A stretch of DNA of 32,000 nt from Pyrobaculum calidifontis JCM 11548 (GTDB taxonomy: Archaea > Thermoproteota > Thermoprotei > Thermoproteales > Thermoproteaceae). This document shows, one piece after another, positions 7,621 through 15,355 of the stretch (positions within the stretch are counted from its first letter, which is position 1; each line of letters begins with the position of its first letter). The DNA lies in the NCBI RefSeq assembly GCF_000015805.1, contig NC_009073.1, forward strand, positions 1,320,001 to 1,352,000, in the 5' to 3' direction. The translations under genes were made by a program, and so were the position numbers. A model generated the notes under the pieces. It had not been told where the DNA came from, did not search any database, and saw only the letters and a list, made by a program, of their open reading frames with translations.

Positions 7621-7884
7621 CCCATCTTCATACGAGTTTCACCGAGAAGAACTGCAAGATTCTTGGCCTCAGCGTAGTAGAAGAAGCGGATACGCAACAT
7701 GGAATAGGCCCAGCTAGTTTTGCGAGGGCATTAAATCTCGGAATTGAACTATAGTTGTCGAGCTTGTTGAAGTAGTGGCCATGTTAAATGCTACGGAAAT
7801 AAGAGAGCGATGTTAATGGAGACGCGGAAAGCTCTCAGTAGCGTGGCTGAGTCGGCGTAGGTGCTTTTAAAACGTGTCTAAAAC

Positions 7885-9744
7885 ATGGATTGGGGAGAAG
7901 CGTTCAGCAACGAGGCGTTGGAGGAGCTCCGCGGGAGACTTGAACGCTGGGAGGAGCTGTGTATGCAACTCCGTGGGCTCTACTACCGCTACATTGACCT
8001 GGCCGCCTTCCGCTCGGAGAAGTGCTTCTATCCCGGGCGGAGGTGTAAGAGGCCGTGGGGGCGGGAGTACGATGTGGGCGACCTCACGTTCATGTGGCTA
8101 CATATCGCAAACACGGCGCCGCTGTGCGGCGATCTCATCAAGGCACTGGCAGATGTGGAGGAGAGGTTTAGACAGATGGGCGTGGAGAGCCTTGAGAAAC
8201 ACGGCGGCGTAGAGGAAAAGTCCATGGCTGTGACAGAAATCGTACACTGGCGCATAAAAAAGCCGGTATATGCAACTGTGGCGTTGTGGGAGAAGAGGCT
8301 GTACGTCTTCTACGACGGCATGTCAATTGGCGAAGGGCTAAGGGGAGATGAGCTGGAGAAACTGATAAGGGAGGCCATGCAAGTGGGCATCGCCGCCGAA
8401 GTATACGACGTAGACGACGAGTATAAACGCCTACTGCTTGAGGTGCCACTGCCAAGGCCCGTGTCGGGATTGCTAGGCAGGTGGAATAGGGCGCCAGTGG
8501 CACTGTTTAGGAATTTGGGCTGGTTGCTGAGCGACGACTGGAGACAGCATCTTGGACACACTGCTGGCAATCCCGGCCAGGTCGCGGTGAGGCTGTTTGA
8601 CTGGATAGCCCTGGCCAAGTACACGATGGAGCGGAGGATCGCGCCAAGGGCGCCGCTGGTATTCAAGCTGTCTATCTATCTGATCACGAGGAGTAAGAGG
8701 GGCAAAAACCCTATCGTCGAAGTGCGCCCCGTCGGCACAGCTACGGAGACCATCTCCACAGTATACGACTGGTTCGGGATAACGCTGGGTAAGACTGAGG
8801 AGGTGTTGGCGAGGGGCTACTTAGTGCTTAAGGCGTTGAAGGAAGAGGCCTTCAAGCGAGACGGCAAGATGTACGTCGTCAACGACGTAGGGGCGTGGAT
8901 TGCCTTTAGCAACGCAGTGGCTACTCTGGTGTTGGGAGACGGCTACGCCATGCCGGCGGAGTTTAGAATTGTGGCTAAGGCCTCGCCCAGAGAGACGTTG
9001 GAGGGAGGTACGCACATAAAAGAGTTGGCTGAGGCTCTGGGCGGCGTGGTGGCTGGGAGAGAGGTAAAGCTCCAGAGCTGGCATATGCGCCTGTTGTTGC
9101 TAACTCCGCCTACGCCCGCCTTTGAAAAGACGGCAGAACTGTACGAGGTACTTGTCAACTACCCGGCGGCCGCCGTTGTCGAAATAAACGGCGCTACATA
9201 TTTGCTCACTCACAACGGCGGTGGCGAGTTTGTAATTGGAAAAGGGAGAGCTACAGAGCTGTACGAGGCAGTAAACAGGCTCGGCATACAGACGAGATTA
9301 AAGGGGCAATTGCTAGTGCTGACTTACGCCCAGCTGGAGGAACTGGCGAGGCGCGGCTTTGCCGTCAAATTCCTCAACGACATGGAGAAAGACGCGGTGA
9401 GAGAAGTTAAGGCTGTGACGCCAGCGTCTGACCCAAACGCCGTTAGGCGCGTGTTAGAGGAGGTGGCCAAGATGGCGAGAATAGTAGTGGCTACAGACAG
9501 AGGCCGGCTCTACATAAGGATAATCCCCCACGACAAGTCCAAGGCGGAGGAAATAGCGGCCAAGCTGAGAGCCGTGGGAATAAGAGCCACGATATTACGC
9601 AAGAAGAGAGAGGTAAGAATACACGAACAAAAGTCGATAGAAATAATCCGTAGGATAGCCCCCCACTTTTTCCACCCATTTACATTTCTACAATCACACT
9701 ACTGCAAAATTAAGGCACCTATATATGAGAGTTTTGATATATGA
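7885..9744 (+). CDS. large lineage-specific protein of unknown function (possibly PaREP2-like)
   Basis: Uninterrupted 619-aa ORF. TATA CTTTTAAAA lies 14-22 nt upstream of ATG 7885. No catalytic motif recognised. The PaREP2 suggestion is from memory of Pyrobaculum paralog families and is unverified. Confidence 0.6.
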   Translation: MDWGEAFSNEALEELRGRLERWEELCMQLRGLYYRYIDLAAFRSEKCFYPGRRCKRPWGREYDVGDLTFMWLHIANTAPLCGDLIKALADVEERFRQMGVESLEKHGGVEEKSMAVTEIVHWRIKKPVYATVALWEKRLYVFYDGMSIGEGLRGDELEKLIREAMQVGIAAEVYDVDDEYKRLLLEVPLPRPVSGLLGRWNRAPVALFRNLGWLLSDDWRQHLGHTAGNPGQVAVRLFDWIALAKYTMERRIAPRAPLVFKLSIYLITRSKRGKNPIVEVRPVGTATETISTVYDWFGITLGKTEEVLARGYLVLKALKEEAFKRDGKMYVVNDVGAWIAFSNAVATLVLGDGYAMPAEFRIVAKASPRETLEGGTHIKELAEALGGVVAGREVKLQSWHMRLLLLTPPTPAFEKTAELYEVLVNYPAAAVVEINGATYLLTHNGGGEFVIGKGRATELYEAVNRLGIQTRLKGQLLVLTYAQLEELARRGFAVKFLNDMEKDAVREVKAVTPASDPNAVRRVLEEVAKMARIVVATDRGRLYIRIIPHDKSKAEEIAAKLRAVGIRATILRKKREVRIHEQKSIEIIRRIAPHFFHPFTFLQSHYCKIKAPIYESFDI

Positions 9745-9768
9745 CAAGAAGAAAATTTACAAAGATAC

Positions 9769-9907
9769 TGGTCGGCCCGCCGGGAGTCTCAGGGGTCTAT
9801 CCCTTTTGAACCCGGGACCGCCCGTTACAGGTCCTGGGGGCTTGTGGCTGTTGTACCCCCAGGGGCTGTCTACAGCCGGGCGCTCTGGACCGCTGAGCTA
9901 CGGGCCG
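9769..9907 (-). tRNA. tRNA-Tyr (anticodon GTA) with two introns (43 nt in the anticodon arm, 19 nt in the T-loop); CCA encoded
   Basis: Minus-strand cloverleaf: acceptor CGGCCCG/CGGGCCG (the C1:G72 pair expected for archaeal tRNA-Tyr), D arm GCTC-AGCGGTCCA-GAGC, anticodon arm CCCGG-CTGTAGA-C^CGGG (GTA at 9871-9873), variable CGGTC, T arm CCGGG-TTCAAA^T-CCCGG, discriminator A, CCA. It closes only after removing 9825-9867 (43 nt) and 9786-9804 (19 nt). Lengths add up: 77 + 62 = 139. TATA AACTTAAATAC lies about 25-30 nt upstream. Confidence 0.8.
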
Positions 9908-10034
9908 GTCGTTACTTTTTCTGCTGGGTGTATTTAAGTTTTGTCCTCCTATTCTCATGTTCTCTTGTCGGCTATCGTCTTTTCGGCTCGCCCCGCTCTA
10001 CTGGGCCTCTCATAAGCTGGCGCGTTGACGGCGC

Positions 10035-10388
10035 TTAATACAGAAGTATGGTCCGCTCCTTGAGTTTGCCGGAGGTGGGGTCTACTTTTAGCCCTAGGAC
10101 TTCCAGCGTTGTTGCGCCTGTTAACACCTTGTCGACGGCGTCGGAGAGGAGGGCTGGCGCTACCTCTCCCCTTCTCTCTAGCTCTATCCATGTCCGCGTC
10201 TTTTTGAGCTCCACGACGCCGGTGGCGGTTGTGAGTGTGGCCTTTCCTGTGGGCCTTAGGTCGAGCTCCTTGGCTAGTCTACGAGGCACGACAGTCAGCG
10301 TCGTACCGGTGTCCACTAGGGCGTCCACGTCGACGGCCTTTCTCCCCTCGGCGTCGCCTATCTTCGCCGTCATCCACACATGGCCCAC
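10035..10388 (-). CDS. retropepsin-like (clan AA) aspartic protease
   Basis: 117 aa. ALVDTGTT catalytic D-T-G motif in the context typical of the single-domain archaeal/bacterial retropepsin-like family. TATA CCTTTTAAAC lies 17-25 nt upstream of the ATG. Confidence 0.75.
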   Translation of the reverse strand: MGHVWMTAKIGDAEGRKAVDVDALVDTGTTLTVVPRRLAKELDLRPTGKATLTTATGVVELKKTRTWIELERRGEVAPALLSDAVDKVLTGATTLEVLGLKVDPTSGKLKERTILLY

Positions 10389-10422
10389 GTGGGTTGCCCA
10401 AGCCGTGTTTAAAAGGTTGTGG

Positions 10423-10740
10423 CTACGCCCTTATCACCCCAATGGCGGCGAGGGCCGTTATTATGAGTATCGCGACAGCAAGGGCGGCGGCTCTCTTGTT
10501 TTTCAGATTGGTCAAGGCGGCGAGAAGTCCGATGGAGCTTGCTACGCCTAATAAGGCCACGCCGATTTGGCCGAGTAGTGTGGTAGATATGTTCTCCCTC
10601 GACCCGGTCATAATTGCGTTTACTCTCTCCGACGTTGCCTGTGGGTTGGCCAGGGCGTAGAGGATTACGTCTGCCACGAGCATTGCGAGTGCGAGTAAAA
10701 CGGTGTAGAAGACTGCGTTTGAGAACCGTTTCTCAATCAT
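10423..10740 (-). CDS. small membrane protein (DUF1634-like partner of the TauE permease)
   Basis: 105 aa, about 3 TMs. The start overlaps the TauE stop (ATGA at 10737-10740). A small membrane protein coupled to TauE/SafE is the usual DUF1634 arrangement. Family assignment rests on context and size only. Confidence 0.5.
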   Translation of the reverse strand: MIEKRFSNAVFYTVLLALAMLVADVILYALANPQATSERVNAIMTGSRENISTTLLGQIGVALLGVASSIGLLAALTNLKNKRAAALAVAILIITALAAIGVIRA

Positions 10741-11621
10741 ATTAGCCCCAGCCCCATCAAGCCCCTTGTCACCAGTGGTGCCGCGGCGATGAGCATTACG
10801 CTTATGACGACGAGTCTAATGACCCTGGCCTTAGCCTTGAGGGCGAGTCTTGCGCCTATGTTGGACCCTATGGCGACTCCGACTAGGGCTGGGGCTAGCA
10901 CCAGAGGTGTTGCGACTCCCTCGTGGACGTAGGCCCAGAGGCCGGGCGCGTTGGCCACTATGAAGGTGGATGTAGATGTGGCGACGGCGATTTTTATTGG
11001 CAATCCCGTTATTAGGTTTAGGACTGGGACTAGGGCCCACCCGGCGCCTAGGCCAAAGGCGCCGCCTATGAGTCCTACTCCGAAAAGCGCAAATGCGGTG
11101 GGGAGTAGCCTCTGCGCGGTGTACGAAACCTCCTCGCCTGTGGCGGGGTCTTTAAAGGCTCCGTACAGCCCTAGGCGTCTCGACCACCCGCTGGCCTCGC
11201 TTTTTACCTCACGGGGTTTTACAGTAAGCATTATCAATACTATGAAGAAGAGTAAGACGCCAAGGGTCAGCCTTATGATGGCTTCCCCAGCCTTGCCGAG
11301 CGATTTGACTACGTGTATGCCGACTAGGGCCCCTGTAACTACCCCCAGCGACATGAAGAGCGAGGTGAATAAGACTAAGTTAAGTCTCGCCGCGCCGGCG
11401 AGAAAGTACTTTCTGCCGCCGAAGGCGGACGTGGTCATCGTCAGCGCCAGGCCCGCCGCTCTGATTACTGTGGTGTCCATTTGAGTGAAGGCGAGCATGA
11501 GCGGCGTAAATACCACGCCTCCCCCTACCCCGGCCATTGCGGCCACTACGCCTATGACTAAAGACGCGACGAAGAGAAGCCCTTCAAATATTACGACGTC
11601 CATATCCCCCGGAGCTTCCAC
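10737..11621 (-). CDS. TauE/SafE-family anion (sulfite/sulfonate) exporter
   Basis: Polytopic protein with duplicated halves. N-terminal AGVGGGVVFTPLML matches the G-x-G-G-G-x3-P motif of the TauE/DUF81 family. The track start is GTG 11621; the alternative is ATG 11603 (MDVVIFEG). Confidence 0.8.
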   Translation of the reverse strand: MEAPGDMDVVIFEGLLFVASLVIGVVAAMAGVGGGVVFTPLMLAFTQMDTTVIRAAGLALTMTTSAFGGRKYFLAGAARLNLVLFTSLFMSLGVVTGALVGIHVVKSLGKAGEAIIRLTLGVLLFFIVLIMLTVKPREVKSEASGWSRRLGLYGAFKDPATGEEVSYTAQRLLPTAFALFGVGLIGGAFGLGAGWALVPVLNLITGLPIKIAVATSTSTFIVANAPGLWAYVHEGVATPLVLAPALVGVAIGSNIGARLALKAKARVIRLVVISVMLIAAAPLVTRGLMGLGLI

Positions 11622-11731
11622 ACAACTTGAAAAATCACGACGGAGTCCAACGGCATGCCACTTCGGTGAGGACTCTTTTTAAGTGTTATTGCCTGGGAGA
11701 GATTAATATTTATGTTGAACGAAGTAGAGAC

Positions 11732-12502
11732 GTGGCGCGTGCCAAGTTGCTCATGAAGGCGGGCATGGGGGCAACCTTCGGCGTCTGGATCACTATCCCC
11801 CACCCCGAGGTGGTGGAGATTCTCTCCAATCTCCCCTTTGACTGGTTTATGTTCGACATGGAGCACGCCCCCATCACTGTGGAGAAGCTGGAGACCATGC
11901 TTATGCCGCTTAGGGGGAGCGACATTGTCCCACTGGCAAGGGTGCCGTGGAACGACCCCGTGGAGATTAAACGCGTGCTCGACCTGGGAGTGGCCGGGGT
12001 CCTCGTGCCGTGGGTTAACACTAGGGAAGAGGCAGAGCGCGCGGTTAAGGCGGTGCGCTATCCGCCGTGGGGCATAAGGGGAGTGGGGCCTCGGCGGAGC
12101 GTCATGTACGGCTTCGCAGACGTGGTAAAGTACTACAAGGAGTGGGACGAGAACTACGTCTTGCTGGTCCAAGTGGAGACGGCGGAGGCCGTGGAAAACG
12201 TTGAAGAAATCGCGTCGGTGGAGGGCGTCACCGGCCTCTTCGTGGGGCCCAACGACCTCTCGGCCTCCCTGGGCGCGTTTAGAGATTTTAAAAACCCCAA
12301 GTTCACCGCGGCGCTTGAAAGAGTGTTGGCCGCGGCCAAGAGCCGGGGCAAGCTGGCCGGAGTCATGACGTACAGCCCCGAGGAGGCGGCGAGGATGGTG
12401 GAGATGGGGTTCAACTTCGTGGCTCTTTCACACGACGTGAAGTACTTGGTGGAGGGGGCAAAAGCCTTTCTTAGAGTTAAGGAGCTACTCGGGCGGCGGT
12501 AG
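11732..12502 (+). CDS. HpcH/HpaI-family 2-keto-3-deoxyacid aldolase
   Basis: FGVWITIPHPEVVEILSNLPFDWFMFDMEHAP...ARVPWNDPVEIKRVLDLGVAGVLVPWVNTREEAERAVKAVRYPPWGIRG is the typical HpcH/HpaI aldolase core. I prefer GTG 11732, with TATA AATATTTAT 19-27 nt upstream. The alternative is ATG 11753. The track start 11627 overlaps the TauE start region. Confidence 0.85.
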   Translation: MARAKLLMKAGMGATFGVWITIPHPEVVEILSNLPFDWFMFDMEHAPITVEKLETMLMPLRGSDIVPLARVPWNDPVEIKRVLDLGVAGVLVPWVNTREEAERAVKAVRYPPWGIRGVGPRRSVMYGFADVVKYYKEWDENYVLLVQVETAEAVENVEEIASVEGVTGLFVGPNDLSASLGAFRDFKNPKFTAALERVLAAAKSRGKLAGVMTYSPEEAARMVEMGFNFVALSHDVKYLVEGAKAFLRVKELLGRR

Positions 12503-12832
12503 GTACTCCTTCTCCTTGGCGGCCATCTGCTTTATCTCCTCGAGTCTCGAAAACACCTCGTCCCACACCTCGCGTCCCGTGGACTTGTGCTTGGCCACTG
12601 CCTCAAACACCGCCTTTCTAAAGGCCACGGGGACGTCCTCTATGTAGCCCCTGCTGTCTACTCTCGCGGCGGGGAACTCCGAGAGTATCCTCTTGGCCAC
12701 GTCCTCTGGCACTTCGAAGTCCAGAGTCTTGACTCTGCCGCCGAAGCTGGACTTTATCAACGACTCCAGCGGAGTGCCCTTGATTCTCTCAAGCCGCTTT
12801 TCGTCTAATACCAGGGCGAATTTGTACGTCAT
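12485..12832 (-). CDS. hypothetical protein translationally coupled to sat
   Basis: 115-aa ORF whose ATG overlaps the sat stop (ATGA at 12829-12832). Charged, helical-looking composition typical of real hyperthermophile proteins. No family recognised. Confidence 0.5.
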   Translation of the reverse strand: MTYKFALVLDEKRLERIKGTPLESLIKSSFGGRVKTLDFEVPEDVAKRILSEFPAARVDSRGYIEDVPVAFRKAVFEAVAKHKSTGREVWDEVFSRLEEIKQMAAKEKEYLPPPE

Positions 12833-14190
12833 AGCTCCACCTCCAGTTGCTCTTCTTTAAGTTTTAAGTAGCGGTCTGTCACGAAGGGGTAGCCGTACAC
12901 CTTCCACCACTTCACAATCACGTCGAATACCTCGGGCCTCATTATTATGGGCGGCGGCCTGAGGCCCTCCATTATTATGCCGCGGATAAAGGAGCCGCTG
13001 AACTTCTCAGGCTTGTCTCCCACAAGCGGCTTGTCTAAGTCGCTCCCGTAGTAGGTAATCTCGTCGGCCTTGGGGCTATAGGCGAATTCGCCCAAGTTGA
13101 CTGGGAGGATCTTGAACCCCTTGTCTGTCTCATGCGGAGGCTCGTTTAGGCCGTAGCTGGGGAGGCCCTTGGTCCAGAGTATCTGCGTGGCGTAGGGGTC
13201 GTAGTAGTCGCCCACGGCGGCGTGGTCGCGGCCGAACATGTGGTGAGTGCAGCCGAGGTTCTGCCTAATCACTGCGTGGAGCAGGGACTCCAGTGGGTTG
13301 CCGTACCTCATGTCCCACAGAGTCATGGTGACCACATGCCTGTCGGGGTGGAAGTAGCCGAACTTGTTGAGGGCCTCGTGGGCCTCGAGGATGGCCTCGT
13401 CCAAGTAGTCGCCGGGCCTCTTGGCGCCTATAATGGCGTTTACCAGCACCGCGTCTCCCGGCCTAGTGGCCCCCGCGACGAAGAGCGCGTGCTTCATAAG
13501 GGCCTCGTGGCCCCGGTGGGGCACGTTGCGCGTCTGGTGCGCCACAACGATGGTCCACCCCTTCTGCCTTATGTACTCCCTGGACTTCTGCGGTGGGTAC
13601 CAGAACCTGTCGTAGGGCTGTCTAAACTTCGGCGGATTTACCACGTAGACCCTCCCAGCGACGAAGTTGGGTTTCAACTGTCTGTATATCAGCCAGCCTG
13701 GGTGCTTTTCGTCAAACCTCTTCCTAACAACCTCCTTATTCCTCTCAGGCGTGCCGAATACCCTATCGGCGAACGTCTTCCTGTCCTCTACCCTGTATAT
13801 CTCCTCTATCCTCTCCACAACAGCGAAGGGCCTGCCCTTGAGCCTAAGGCAGAGGCCGTCCCCCTCCTTGACGCCGGCGGCCTTGAGGTCCTCGTCGGAG
13901 AGGTCGAGGACTATGGGGTATGGGAATATCCACCCGTCGAGGAGCCGCCTCTCCTCGAGCACCCTCTCCACCTCGTTTCTTGTCATGAACCGGTCCAGCG
14001 GCGAGAAGAAGCCGTAGGCAATCGACATGATCTCTCGGTACACATTCCTAATGGGAGTCCCGGCGGGGTCCAGCGTCGGCTTTATATCTACGCAGGGGAG
14101 CCCCTCCACCATCTTCGCCGCCTTGTCTCTATCCTCTACCACGTTGTACACGAGCCTGCCCCCGTGGGGCGGCGGCGTTTCGAACTTCAT
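12829..14190 (-). CDS. sat: sulfate adenylyltransferase (ATP sulfurylase)
   Basis: 453 aa. N-terminal PPHGGRL, nucleotidyltransferase HxxH motif in QTRNVPHRGHEALM, and GRDHAAVG, the canonical ATP sulfurylase motifs. Confidence 0.95.
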   Translation of the reverse strand: MKFETPPPHGGRLVYNVVEDRDKAAKMVEGLPCVDIKPTLDPAGTPIRNVYREIMSIAYGFFSPLDRFMTRNEVERVLEERRLLDGWIFPYPIVLDLSDEDLKAAGVKEGDGLCLRLKGRPFAVVERIEEIYRVEDRKTFADRVFGTPERNKEVVRKRFDEKHPGWLIYRQLKPNFVAGRVYVVNPPKFRQPYDRFWYPPQKSREYIRQKGWTIVVAHQTRNVPHRGHEALMKHALFVAGATRPGDAVLVNAIIGAKRPGDYLDEAILEAHEALNKFGYFHPDRHVVTMTLWDMRYGNPLESLLHAVIRQNLGCTHHMFGRDHAAVGDYYDPYATQILWTKGLPSYGLNEPPHETDKGFKILPVNLGEFAYSPKADEITYYGSDLDKPLVGDKPEKFSGSFIRGIIMEGLRPPPIIMRPEVFDVIVKWWKVYGYPFVTDRYLKLKEEQLEVEL

Positions 14191-14209
14191 AGCAAACCGC
14201 CGAGGGAGA

Positions 14210-14229
14210 CCTTTTAATCTTAATTCCTA
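14210..14229 (-). promoter_or_regulatory. sat promoter: TATA (GATTAAAAGG) preceded by a degenerate GGAAT element
   Basis: The minus strand reads TAGGAATTA-A-GATTAAAAGG. The first base of the element lies 39 nt from ATG 14190, the same offset as the GTGGAATAA promoters of the dsr region (6/9 identity). Confidence 0.4.
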
Positions 14230-14296
14230 TCTAGAGTGTAATTGTATACATATATTCCCCCCGCCTGTGTCACACGTGCGCATACCCGAGATACCC

Positions 14297-15355
14297 ATGC
14301 TCATAAAGTCACTCTACTTCGCCGGCCGCCCCTCCCTCCTCATCCTAGGGCCCCCCGGCATTGGAAAATCTGAGTCTGTCCGCGCCGCGGCGGCCGCCGT
14401 GGCAAAGGAGCTGGGTCTCCCACTGGTGGAGTACAGCGACGATGTGTACCTAGACGTGGTGAAAAACCCCGAGGTCTGCCTCCTCGTGGATCTCCGCCTC
14501 ACCGAGGTAGAACCTGCCGACATTGTAGGCGTGCCTAGGCCCGTGGACGGCGGGGCTGTGCAGTACTTCCCCCAGGCGTGGGCCAAGGCCTTGTCCAAGG
14601 CCAAGTGCGGCTTCCTATTCCTCGACGAGTTGACCAACGTCCAACGCGATGACGTGGCCGCCGTGGCGTATAAACTACTGCTGGAGAAAAAGGCCGGGTT
14701 CACGAAGTTCTCCGAGGGGGCCATGGTGGTGGCCGCGGGAAACGACCCCGAGACCTCCCCCATAGCCAGGCCCCTCCCAGCCCCCCTAATAAACAGGGTG
14801 GTGGTGCTCAAGGCGGAGCCCCCCACCGTCGAGGAGTGGTATCAGTACATGGCCGAGCGCCACGGTGACTTCGACAAGAGGACCTACCTCTACCTAACCC
14901 TCTACCCTGAGGACCTCCTGGAGAAGGCGGCCAGTCTTGAGACTGTGAATAACTTCGCCACGCCCCGGTCTTGGACCACTCTGGCCCTCCTCCTGGCGAG
15001 GGGGGTGGAGTCGCCTGACGTGATATACGGCCTCCTCGGCCCAGCGGTGGGGGCAAAATTCAAGGCCTTTATCTCCACCAAGGTGGACGTGGAAGACGTG
15101 TTGTCCAACCCCCAGAAGTTCGACGGCCTCAAGCCGGACGAGAGGCTCATCCTCCTCCACGAGGTGGCTCGCGCGGCGGAGCACCGCGACGTGTCAAAAT
15201 TCGTGGAATTCCTCCAGGGGAGGATGGAGTGGCTCATCCTCTTCCTCCGCCTCGTCAAACGCGACGTAGCCGCCAAGCTCCTCTCGGCAATGCCACACGA
15301 GGTGGTGACGCGTCTCTACAAAGTGGCCACCATTGTGGAAAAACTGAAAAAATGA
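14297..15355 (+). CDS. MoxR/AAA_5-type AAA+ ATPase
   Basis: Walker A LILGPPGIGKSE, Walker B FLFLDELTN, sensor region VVAAGN. The single AAA module and its size fit the MoxR/NorQ/CbbQ-like class. ATG 14297 is preferred; the track start 14027 lies inside sat on the opposite strand. Confidence 0.8.
   Translation: MLIKSLYFAGRPSLLILGPPGIGKSESVRAAAAAVAKELGLPLVEYSDDVYLDVVKNPEVCLLVDLRLTEVEPADIVGVPRPVDGGAVQYFPQAWAKALSKAKCGFLFLDELTNVQRDDVAAVAYKLLLEKKAGFTKFSEGAMVVAAGNDPETSPIARPLPAPLINRVVVLKAEPPTVEEWYQYMAERHGDFDKRTYLYLTLYPEDLLEKAASLETVNNFATPRSWTTLALLLARGVESPDVIYGLLGPAVGAKFKAFISTKVDVEDVLSNPQKFDGLKPDERLILLHEVARAAEHRDVSKFVEFLQGRMEWLILFLRLVKRDVAAKLLSAMPHEVVTRLYKVATIVEKLKK

Noticed and set aside
7621-7884. 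C/D-box sRNA candidates in the non-coding gaps (7199-7526, 7621-7884, 9908-10034, 21624-21836)
   Set aside because: The only UGAUGA-like box found (minus strand at about 21671-21682) has no CUGA D/D' box within 70 nt. The duplicated ATGTTAA at about 7782-7826 does not fit C/C' consensus. No convincing box architecture was found.
8482-8490. 8/9 matches to the promoter 9-mer inside coding sequence (8482-8490 GTGGAATAG, 23930-23938 GTGGAATAG, 9556-9564 TGGGAATAA)
   Set aside because: There is no adjacent TATA box, and they are not upstream of any start codon. This is the background expected for near matches.
7527-9907. Integrated virus or plasmid at tRNA-Arg (or tRNA-Tyr)
   Set aside because: I found no direct repeat of either tRNA 3' half elsewhere in the interval, and no integrase-like ORF. 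A 47-codon minus-strand ORF reads antisense into tRNA-Arg (starting near 7700), but it has no recognisable integrase motif. An old, decayed insertion remains possible but is unsupported.
13222-14217. 331-aa plus-strand ORF, the longest of many antisense ORFs
   Set aside because: It lies entirely antisense to sat, whose identity is secured by catalytic motifs. The product is Pro/Gly/His/Arg/Val-rich low-complexity sequence. This is typical of shadow ORFs in GC-rich DNA.
14027-14296. Long N-terminal extensions implied by the ORF-track starts (14027, 15229, 19489, 29752, 21708, 11627, 4206, 5915)
   Set aside because: The extensions run through divergent promoters or antisense into neighbouring genes. 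Internal ATG/GTG codons sit at the expected 17-30 nt from TATA boxes or form ATGA overlaps with the upstream gene.
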